Of a stretch of DNA of 64,000 nucleotides, positions 53,820-64,000 are shown piece by piece. The stretch is from Octopus sinensis. Taxonomy: Eukaryota. Location: positions 15,376,001 to 15,440,000 of the forward strand of contig NC_042998.1 of assembly GCF_006345805.1 (NCBI RefSeq), given 5' to 3'. The position numbers were made by a program, and so were the translations under genes. The notes under the pieces are model-generated. The model made no database searches, was not told the origin of the DNA, and saw nothing but the letters and a program-made list of their open reading frames with translations. The stretch's first letter is position 1. Every line of letters begins with the position of its first letter.

Positions 53820-53937
53820 CCAGAAGCACGAAGACGTATACACACACACACACACACACACTTACACAAGCACACACACACACACACTTACACAAGCACA
53901 CACACACACACACAGACTTACACAAGCACACACACAC

Positions 53938-53969
<32 letters not shown>

Positions 53970-54337
53970 TTACACAAGCACACACACACACACACGCACA
54001 CACACACACACACACACTTACACAAGCACACACACACACACGCACACACACACACACACTTACACAAGCACGCGCACACACGCACACACACACACGCGCA
54101 CACACACACACTTACACAAGCACACATACACACACACGCACATACACACATACACACACACACTTACACAAGCACACACACACACGCACACACACACACA
54201 CGCACACACACACACACACACTTACACAAGCACACACACACACGCACACACGCACACACACACACACACACACTTACACAAGCACACACACACACACGCA
54301 CACACACACACGTGCACACACACACACGGACGCACAC
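53820..54337. repeat. Compound (CA)n minisatellite with CTTACACAAG units
   Basis: About ten CTTACACAAG spacers within (CA)n. Confidence 0.92.
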
Positions 54338-55204
54338 AAAAGAATTTATTGGAGACTGTTAATTTAATTTCCTCTTCATTTCCCTCTGCATGCTTTTGTT
54401 TCTTTCTGTAATTCAATTTTGGTTTACGTTCGATTTTTAGTTTTAATACAGAAATTAGTGCTGAGACGAATAAGGTCAATGGTATTCTTTTGTATTCGTT
54501 TGCCCAGTGCATGTGCTTCACACAAATAGTGTTTATTTTAACACATTATATATGAACTAACACACTTTTTTTTTTGTTTCAATCATCGAACAACAAATGA
54601 CAACGTATGAATTAACAACTAATATTATCTGATGTTCTATATTAAGAGAAGAATGCTCCAATCAAGCAAATGAGCAGAAAAGTGTATAGATATATAAACA
54701 TATATATAGAAACATTTTTATAGAATAATGTTGCTGTTTTCTCAAAAGAATTGCTGATTTAGTCAATGGATTGTCAAAACACTGGGCTAGAAGAATTAAT
54801 AGATAAATTGCCATGGCCGACACTAGATGGTGTAGGAGGTCAGAAAGTTTCTAAAATAGATAACGGGAGATGAATAACCATTAAATATACAAAAATCGTA
54901 TGAAGCAAATTGTGCGTACGTTTAAAAACTAAATATATCTTTTTTTTTTTCTTTCTTGTTTCTGTCACTGGACTACGGCTTATCTATGTTTGTGGAAATA
55001 TGTGTGCATTTATACGTATATAAAAGTATGTTTGTATGTAGAGGTTTACCCACAGACGCACACGAACACACACACAGACACACATCGGCAAACAGAAATA
55101 GACACATACATACACACACGCACATACGCACACACAGAAATACACACACACACATATATACATACATACATACATACATATATACATTCATACATACAGC
55201 TTAC

Positions 55205-55318
<114 letters not shown>

Positions 55319-55612
55319 TTACTGATAAATAGATAAAGTCATTGATTTATAGATAGGCTTGTTGGTAGAATCGATAGATAAATTGATAGATAGATAGATA
55401 GATACGTACATACATACATACAGACGGACATTCAGACATAGAAATATAGATAGAGAGATGGATGGATGGATGGCCAGATAGACAGGTAGACACATAGATA
55501 CTTAAGTAAATAAATAGATAAAGAAATTAATAGATAAATAAGTAGATAGATAAACAGAAAGATTATATATATATATATATATATATATGAATGAAAGAAG
55601 GAAAGAAAGATG

Positions 55613-55646
<34 letters not shown>

Positions 55647-55659
55647 GAGATAGAGAGAG

Positions 55660-55701
<42 letters not shown>

Positions 55702-56374
55702 GTAGATAGATGGAATAAAAAATGTAGTACATAAATGTAAATCGGATATATTAATTGATTGAATTTTTTTATCTTCCTGAAAAAACAATGGTGGAACACA
55801 ACCACAAGTTTTAAGGACTCACAAAGCAGCAAGGGCAAGCTTGAAGCTATTTTGAATTCATCTCTGACATTTATTTTACGTCGTTAGGATGAAACGATGG
55901 TGTTTGTTTACAAGTAATTGCCATGATATACAAAAGAGTCTATTTAGTTGTAAAAATCTAATTCATTACGAAGGTGAGCGAAAACATTTGGAAGGATTCT
56001 GAGATTTGTTGACGTTGGACGAGTATGTTCATATGCGTGTCTCTACGTACACACTTATATACACAAATACATACATACGTACATAAAACACACACATACA
56101 TACATACACATATATACATGTATAAGAATGTATAAATGACAAAGGAATAAGAACTCATGCAATGAACTTGCATAGCTTGCAGGAAATGCAGTGCAATCTT
56201 AGTTTAGTTTTTGTGTATGAATCTTACAGCTTTGTCACATATCTAAAAAATCCCCTGAAAGATATGCATGTTGGGTTCTTACACCAGCTGACTCGTATCG
56301 CTATTTCTAAGCGAGTTATATATGCATATATATAAACATACACATACTGTATACATACATATACACATACATGT

Positions 56375-56454
<80 letters not shown>

Positions 56455-56456
<2 letters not shown>

Positions 56457-56736
56457 AGTAATTGAATGAATTACCTTATTAAGGATAATTCGAAAGATAA
56501 CCGATACCTGGGTAGCAAATTCACATCAGAAAGAACACGGTTGAAGCTACGTCGCTAGGGCATAGACTACGTGTCTTGGTGCGGAAATGTGTATGTTTAT
56601 TTTAAAATTATAAGTATATGAAAGAATGGAGTGAACGACTAGTTAACAAATATCCTTTATTTTCGACATATATTTCGAAACATATGTCGGGAATAAAGGA
56701 TATTTGTAGTCGTTCAACTCCATTCTTTCATATACT

Positions 56737-56740
<4 letters not shown>
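56455..56740 (-). mobile_element. (TA)n-flanked fold-back insert whose inversion point lies inside a hammerhead
   Basis: Arms ~56610-56676 and 56677-56740, centred on TTTC|GAAA. The plus arm reads GAAA-CATATG-T-C (HHR 3' half). Confidence 0.75.
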
Positions 56741-56771
<31 letters not shown>

Positions 56772-56948
56772 TATATATATAATATATATATATAAAATAA
56801 ATATAAGAGAGTGGTCACTATATGGCTCACTCTAGCACCAGTTAATCCAAAAGGTTTCAACCACAAAAATACATGTTTCCCATGAAAGTCAGTACGATTG
56901 TTAGCTCACACGGACAGGGCAAATAAAAAATAACAAAAATACAGATTA

Positions 56949-57029
56949 TTTTGGACAATTGTTTCGCTATTAATGAATTAAATGTAATTTTACTTACAAA
57001 AAAATCCACTTATAGCTCGTCAGCCAAAA
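56949..57029 (-). ncRNA. Type I hammerhead ribozyme, intact core
   Basis: TTTTGG-CTGACGA-GCTAT...ATAGC-GAAA-CAATTG-T-C-CAAAA. GUC triplet; one mismatch/bulge in stem I; inside a (TA)n-flanked insert at ~56805-57140. Confidence 0.85.
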
Positions 57030-57475
57030 CTATCTGGATGAAATCCACTCAATCACACGCCAGATTTTACCATAACGATAAATACGCGTGTGGTTCAATT
57101 GATTACATCCGACGTTATAATTCAAATGCCCCAACTAAATATATATATATATGTGCGTGTGTATGTCTGTTTATGTATATATATAAATATATATATATAT
57201 ATACATATATATACATATACATATTTACTACTAAGTGTATGTGTATTTGAAAAGGTTAATCGAAAGCGTTCATACACTAGGAAAAACACTTCCAAGAAAG
57301 GTTAGTAACATCTTAATAAAAGACCTTATAAGTATTTACGAAAAAATAAATCCCCTTTATAGTTAAAAACTGCTTGAAATAATTTTGACAAAGACTTTGA
57401 AATATGTATGTGTGTATACGCACACACACACACACTAAATGATTGATGCAGAAGACTGTGTGTAACTAGAAACTT

Positions 57476-57585
57476 TATCACAACAATTGTTTCGGCTGCC
57501 TTCTGCACTGCCATCCTAGTGGGTGGGGAGAGATGTAATGACGTCACATGCATCTCGAAGTACAATGGAGCGTCATCAGGTGACA
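57476..57585 (-). ncRNA. Type I hammerhead ribozyme with enlarged stem II
   Basis: TGTCAC-CTGATGA-C-GCTCC-(~65 nt)-GGCAGC-C-GAAA-CAATTG-T-T-GTGATA. Confidence 0.78.
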
Positions 57586-58269
57586 TGTAGGCTTCAAACG
57601 TTATAAGATTTACATTTCACTCCAAGCTAGACGGTGGTGTTATTACGTTGTCTTCCTACTAGTTCAAACATTGGTTTGTATGCAGGCTTGCTTCACGCAC
57701 GTTGCTTCGTACGGAACAGCCACGATGAATTTGCGACATAGATTATTTCTAAGTATAGTTACTTCATTTAGTTCTTACTTTTCTAACTACCTATAAATTT
57801 TTATGTACTGATCCACGTGCAGACCCCTGTTATCACGGATACTTAGTCGTATCTATCTCATCCTTATTAGTTTCTTATATTTTCATATGCTTACCCTTTG
57901 GTAATTTGCTTCCCCGACATTTGGCGACATTCCTCAAAAACCTTTACGGTAAGAGCATTAATAACGCTACATTTATCAATAACATTTTGACATTTGCAAA
58001 TGAGATTAGGGAATAATTTCCGTTCCAGTAGCATCAAGTGAGGCAGACGACTGTATCAATAAGTTTTCGAGGATTTATATACTTCCAGGTCAGGTGTCTA
58101 TACAAATCAATATTGTTTCTTCTGAGATGTTATCCTTCGATTTGTAAGAAAACCATTATGTAAACCCCCTTGAATCATCCAAAGCCATCTTAAAATATTG
58201 GGACCTACTGCATAATGTATGTCTGTAAATATAATGTCTTTGAAAATTCAGAAGGATAGGTTCTGAATT

Positions 58270-58587
58270 GCGTGGCCTAGTGTTTGGGGTATTCGGCTCG
58301 CGATCCCAAGATCGTCAGTTTGATTCCCGGCGGTGCATTGTGTCCTTGAGCAAGGCATTTTACTTCACGTTGCTCCTGTCCACAGAAATGGCAAAATTTT
58401 AGTAGTACCTGTATTTCAAAGGGTCAGCCTTTTCACATTCTGTGTCATATTGTATCTCCCCGAGAATTATGCGAAGGGTATGCCTATCTCTGGAGTGCTC
58501 ATTCACATGCGCTCTAATTTCACTAGAAGGCTGTTCCGTTGTTCGGATCAACTGGAACCCTCGTCGTCGTAACTGACGGAGTACCAG
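58270..58587 (+). mobile_element. tRNA/CORE-like SINE, head 2 + tail A
   Basis: GCGTGGCCTAGTG...GTGTCCTTGAGCAAGGCA...GTACCTGTATTTCAAAGGG...CCCTCGTCGTCGTAACTGACGGAGT. Confidence 0.82.
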
Positions 58588-58826
58588 TTATTGTTGTACA
58601 AGCCCTCGATGATCTAGATTGAAACACTAACTATAACTTCAATATCAATATAAATTAACTAGATATACCTTTTGCTGCTACAATTACCCGTTGTAATTTC
58701 AGGAAGATTAATATTTGCTCTGCGCAGCGTTACTTTCCGTTTCTTATTCAGACGTACATTATGAACTAGCACTATTGAATTCTTCAAACATTTTCGGATA
58801 CTTATTCATTGCTGCTGCTGCTGCTG

Positions 58827-58888
<62 letters not shown>

Positions 58889-58924
58889 GCTACTGCTGCT
58901 GCTGCTGCTGTGCTGTTGTTGCTG

Positions 58925-59290
58925 TTGAGCGAACGGTCTTCGTCCCAGAGCTCGCAAGATAGGAGAAGTCGGAAACGTGGTTCTTTGCTATTCGTAAGAC
59001 CCGCAGAAGAGAAAGCAGGTCAACCCCCGACACCTAGAGCATCGATGGATGGATGAATGTACACCCAGGCTCAGCGGTTGTGTAGGAAGTCGGGGACAAG
59101 AAACTGGAAGAAAGAGTGAGAGAAAGTTGGAGCGAAAGAGTACAACAGGGGTCGCCCCCGTCCCGTCTGAGCCTTGTGGAGCTGTAGGTGTTTTCGCTCA
59201 ATAAACACACAAATCGCCCGGTCTGGAAATCGAAACCGCGATCCTCCGACCGCGCGTCCGCTGCCCTAACCATTGGGCCATTGCGCCTCC
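58925..59290 (-). mobile_element. tRNA-derived SINE, head 1 + tail C, inserted in a (GCT)/(ACT) microsatellite
   Basis: Head 1 at 59100-59290; unrelated 3' part at 58925-59100 ending in (CAA/CAG)n. Confidence 0.85.
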
Positions 59291-60356
59291 TGCTGGTGCT
59301 GCTGCTGCAGCTGCAACAACTACTACAACCACTACTACTACTACAGCAACAAAGCGAACGTATGTAGATCGTTCACGTCAATAATATCGTTGCAGACATA
59401 ATACGAAGTCATAATACGAAGTAGCCAATTTCATTTAATTTCATTTTTATAGTATCCTATATAAGAATTATTCGCTGTCTACAATTGACTCAATTTACAT
59501 GGACAACTTTTTTTTTAAAGAGTTACAAACTGATGTTACATATAATGTTTTCCCTTTTTAAATTTATCTACTCTTTTAACTCAATATTCAATATCTATGT
59601 TCATTGTGAATGAGAATTAGTTTTATAGCCTTAAAATATCAACTTTAGTTATAGATTATCGTAATGTCTTCTACCCTTCAGCTTCTTTTAATCGCAAAAA
59701 TAGAAAACGAAACAAATAAAAATGACCACAACAAAAAAACAAACAAAAAAAAAAACAAACAAAAAGAAAAGAAAATTGAAAATCAATTATAGAAAATTAA
59801 ACGGTCAAAGTAAGAATGCAATCTAAGAAAAGGCATTTGTAAGATATCGTTGAAGAATCTTAAGGAAGCCATATAGATAACATGATAGTGGATAATACTC
59901 AAAAGTCGAAAACAAATTTTTATTTTCATATACTTACTCTCAATAATAAGAATAGTGTGGAAATAAGAAAGAGGTATTTATTATGTAGAATAACCAATAT
60001 TTGATACTTTTATTTCTATTTATTTAAAATCCGAATGAATGCTAATATCGTTAAAAAGTGTTGAAAATATATAAATTTCAATTCAATATTGAAGTTGTTC
60101 TAATATTTTTAAACTTTTAGATTTATTGATACACAATTACTATTTGATTAGCATCTATTTTAATGCTATGCCACTAATAATGATAATGAAACGAGTTTTT
60201 AATGGAATTATGATAACTGGAAACGAAGCAGAAATATCTACATGACCATTCGAAGTGAAAAACGAAGAAAAGCCCCAGTGTATCCACTGTAGCAACTTCA
60301 AATAACGAGCGAATACATTAGAATTTGTAGCTATTCTATGCATATAAAGATATCAT

Positions 60357-60743
60357 GTGGAAGCACTCCGTCGGTTACGACGACGAGGGTTCCGGTTGAT
60401 CCGAATCAACGGAACAGCCTGCTCGTGAAATTAACGTGTAAGTGGTTGAGCACTCCACAGACACGTGTACCCTTAACGTAGTTCTCGGGGATATTCAGCG
60501 TGACACAGAGAGTGACAAGGCCGGCCCTTTGAAATACAGGTACAACAGAAACAGGAAGTATGAGTGAGAGAAAGTTGTGGTGAAAGTGTACAGCAGGGAT
60601 CACCACCATCCCTGCCGGAGCCTCGTGGAGCTTTTAGGTGTTTTCGCTCAATAAACACTCACAACGCCCGGTCTGGGAATCGAAACCGCGATCCTACGAC
60701 CGCGAGTCCGCTGCCCTAACCACTGGGCCATTGCGCCTCCACC
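60357..60743 (-). mobile_element. tRNA-derived SINE, head 1 + tail A, full length
   Basis: Near-identical to 191-572. 13-bp TSD ATAAAGATATCAT at 60344-60356 and 60744-60756. Confidence 0.93.
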
Positions 60744-60759
60744 ATAAAGATATCATATA

Positions 60760-61975
60760 CACTGAACCGCTAAAAAAAAAAAAAACGCGAGATGTGTGTG
60801 AATGTGAAATATGTTTTAATTTCATTATGTCAGAGATAAATTCTGATAAATCTGATAGAGTCAATTTCTTGGATGCACGTATATGTGTCATTGTTATGTG
60901 TTCTGGTAGTGCGCGTATCCACCACATCGAGATTGAAGGTCGTGACATGTTCAATACTGTGTATGCCTTCCATGGGTGTTCAAAAAGGCCATACATCGTC
61001 GGTACACGGAGTGCATGAGGTAGTTCACAAAAGCCATTGGCATCTGTGCCCACACTCTGAGAAAAGCTACCTCCAGTTCCACACGAGTTGTCAGCCTTGG
61101 GAGCACCTGATTCAGAAATCTCTGTATTTCATCCCACAGATGTGCAATTGGCTTCAAATCCGAGCTGAAATCCGGTCACGGCTCTCAGTAGGACATCCAT
61201 GGTTACCCTGACCATGAGGCATGGAATCCGTGGTGATACTGGTCGTGTGTGTGAGGGGGAGAGAATTGTTCCGCTGGAACACGTGACTATGATGACGCGC
61301 GAAGAAAGGCACGATGTGAGGTCATGGGATCTGGTCAACGTAGCACTGCGCTGTGATGCCATTCCCTCTTCCTGCACTAATATTTTGGAACACATACATC
61401 CCAGTTCTCTGATTAAGGCCTAGAGCTCTCTAAAGTACGATGCTTGGGCCACCCCACATGTCTCTCTTCATGACAAATGCGTCTCTGTAGCGTTCACCCA
61501 TCCTACGCTATCCGAGGTGAAAACACAGTATCAGCTCTCGTCAGGGAATACTATCAACTTCCATTGTTGATGCCACCAATATCGGTGCTGTGTAGCCTAC
61601 TGCAGTCGTGCTTGACAGTGGTGGGCGGTGAGGACAGGCCCTCGAGCAGGACGACGGCAGCACAGTTTTTTGGCGGCCAGTCGACGTTGTACCGTGTCGT
61701 CGCTGATGGGTCGCTGTCCACAACCAATGGTCTCACGAGCTTTCGCGCTGGCCGGTCTGAAGCGAACACGGAGGTGTTACATGTGGATGAAATGGTCCGG
61801 CCTGGGCGTGGTCACCTGGGGTCGCCCTCTGCAGGCACGGTCGGCAGTGCTGTTGGTGTTGTATTTCTGTTGCAGACGACTGATGGTGTTGTCATGGACA
61901 GTGTAAACTTTCGCAACCACCAGCTGTCCTGCTTTCAATCTTCCAACAGCTATCTTAGCTATCATGTCAGTGCAT
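60760..61975 (-). mobile_element. Tc1-family transposon, decayed transposase, one terminus visible
   Basis: TA-CACTGAACCGC(A)nCGC end. Minus frames: IAVGRLKAG...TISRLQQKYNTNSTADRACRGRPQVTT and PIAHLWDEIQR...SVYRRCMAFLNTHGRHTQY*. Confidence 0.88.
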
Positions 61976-61984
61976 TGGCACGCT

Positions 61985-62022
61985 CGGCTGAGGATGAGCC
62001 AAATAGCTCGAAACTGGTCCAG
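61985..62022 (+). ncRNA. Minimal hammerhead motif with weak stem I
   Basis: CGG-CTGAGGA-T-GAGC-CAAATA-GCTC-GAAA-CTGG-T-C-CAG in a segment (61975-62200) that ends at a TA-rich repeat. Confidence 0.65.
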
Positions 62023-62275
62023 TCCCGCAATCCTGCTAGCTGCCGGACGATAGTAGGGGTTCGCTCCCCCTGCTAGCGATGTATTATATATAAAGAGTGC
62101 AGGGCTTTGCAGCGACAACCAGCTGGCGGAGAATCTGCCAGGGGTTAAACTAATAGTAACATTCAACTACCACTTTGATGTAGCTACTTGCTTTACTATA
62201 TATGTATGTGTGCATATATAGGTATATATATATATATATTATATATGGATGTATATATGGATGTATATATGGATG

Positions 62276-62344
<69 letters not shown>

Positions 62345-62674
62345 GTATATATATACATATATACATATGTATATATGTATACATACATACAATACATATA
62401 TGTATGTGTGTATAGACGCACACGCACACATACACACATATGTACATACTAAACCAAAACGAACAAATTGTTATTGTCTTAAATGAAACTATAAAAGCTT
62501 TTCATTTTAGGCCTATCTGACTCCTTTACCGACACAAACTCTGCATGGTTCAGTGGTTAGAGCGTCGAGCTCACAATCATGAAGTAGTGAGTTCAATTCG
62601 AGGACCAGACTGTGTACTGTGTTCTTGAGACACTTTATTTCAAGTTGCTTATATTACTTAACTGCTGAACTGAA

Positions 62675-62717
<43 letters not shown>

Positions 62718-62969
62718 ATAGAGAGATGTGCGTAGAGTGAGAAAAAGGTGGAGTCAGAGCGTGAGAGACAGAGAGCGTCAGAGAATGTTGACATCGCTGT
62801 GCCAAACTGTATCGGCCTTTGCCTTTCACTTGTATAATATCAATGGCGTGAAAACGCGAGGCTGAAATGCGTGGGCGAACTGTTGCCCTTCCTTAAACAA
62901 CCTCGTTGATCTGTGATGAATAACAACTTCAATGACTTCTATACTCCATATATAAGTATTCCCACACCA

Positions 62970-63310
62970 ACTGATGTCAAATTGCGTCCGATTAATGCAG
63001 GCCAGCACCCAGCACCCAAAGATTTAGTAATTTGCTTGACATAATTTTAAAACCTTTATGCAGATTAGTTCTGAGCTTCATCAGAGTTGAGATGTATTTC
63101 TTAAACCATATCCCAAAACGGATAGATAAAGAGATAATACAAGTTAGCTTTGCCGTAATTCGTCTCAACGCAAATATCTCCCACATATATGGACTAGACG
63201 CGAAAGAATTCTGGATAAACAAAGAACCACAAAGAATTGAAGAGAGATTCTCGAAAGAATTTATAGTCGAAGGGTCACAGACATTACTGGAAAACAACTA
63301 TTTTGATAAT
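62970..63310 (+). pseudogene. Penelope-like RT fragment
   Basis: LRPINAG...SNLLDIILKPLCRLVLSFIR..YFLNHIP...VSFAVIRLNANISH..GLDA..FWI...LLENNYF matches the PLE RT pattern (LRPI / SFDV.SLYTNIPH / LENNYF). Confidence 0.75.
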
Positions 63311-63314
63311 CAAG

Positions 63315-63470
63315 TTGTCAAGTGGTAGTGAGGGACAAACACAAATACAAAGACACACACATACACGACAAACGTCTTTCAGTCTCCGTCCAACAAATCC
63401 ATTCACAAGGCTTCGGTCGGCTACGCAGTGGAACTGAACCCGGAAGCTCCTTACCACACACCTACGCCTG
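63315..63470 (-). mobile_element. Deleted family B SINE head
   Basis: CTTTCAGTCTCCGTCCAACAAATCCATTCACAAGGCTTCGGTCGG...GCAGTGGAACTGAACCCGGAA. Confidence 0.7.
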
Positions 63471-63471
63471 C

Positions 63472-63546
<75 letters not shown>

Positions 63547-64000
63547 ATATATACACACATATATGTCTGTTTGTATGTATGTATATGTATATATTAACAC
63601 ACTCACACACACATACACACACACACATACAATATATACATATATATATATATATATACCTGTTGGAGTAACTCAACTGATTCACATGTAAATTCCGTAA
63701 TGTCCTTTTATCTCTTAAGATATTGCACTCAAAATCTTAAAATATACGAGATTATTTTATCATACATATTTTGTAATTTGTATTCAGTGTAAATTGAAAC
63801 GATTATAGGCAATGTTAATGAATTAAAAATTAATTTACATCCAGTATATCTCTTTATGTTCTTACTCAATGATATTTCATATTTGTAAAATAAATTTATC
63901 GGAGGATTATATCATCAACATATAAAATATTAAACCAATTTATCTTGGATACAACAATTCTTGAAAGAGGTTTATATATCCTCATAGTGATTATATATAT

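Noticed and set aside
61477-62076. 199-aa plus-strand ORF
   Set aside because: It is the antisense shadow of the minus-strand Tc1 transposase relic.

Overview
AT-rich eukaryotic, animal-type genomic DNA. The repeat content suggests an octopus/cephalopod intronic or intergenic region; that assignment is inferred from recalled repeat sequences, not from a search. No complete host gene is visible. The window holds microsatellites, at least four tRNA-derived SINE types, one near-complete CR1-like LINE (APE+RT, two frameshifts), decayed Penelope-like elements (PLE; RT and GIY-YIG fragments), Tc1/mariner relics and a non-autonomous Helitron. The main result is a dense set of about 16 complete and 2 half type I hammerhead ribozyme (HHR) motifs, most with palindromic minimal stem III. 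They sit in non-coding retrozyme/PLE pseudo-LTR-like units, many inserted at (TA)n tracts and often carrying a 5' fold-back inversion. The set includes a 4-copy ~565-bp tandem array (40187-42606) and a 551-bp-unit direct+inverted element (16719-17952). The catalytic-core 3:8 tertiary pair occurs in all four Watson-Crick forms (C3:G8, G3:C8, U3:A8, A3:U8) in different elements. All alignments and folds were read by eye, so boundaries may be off by a few bases.
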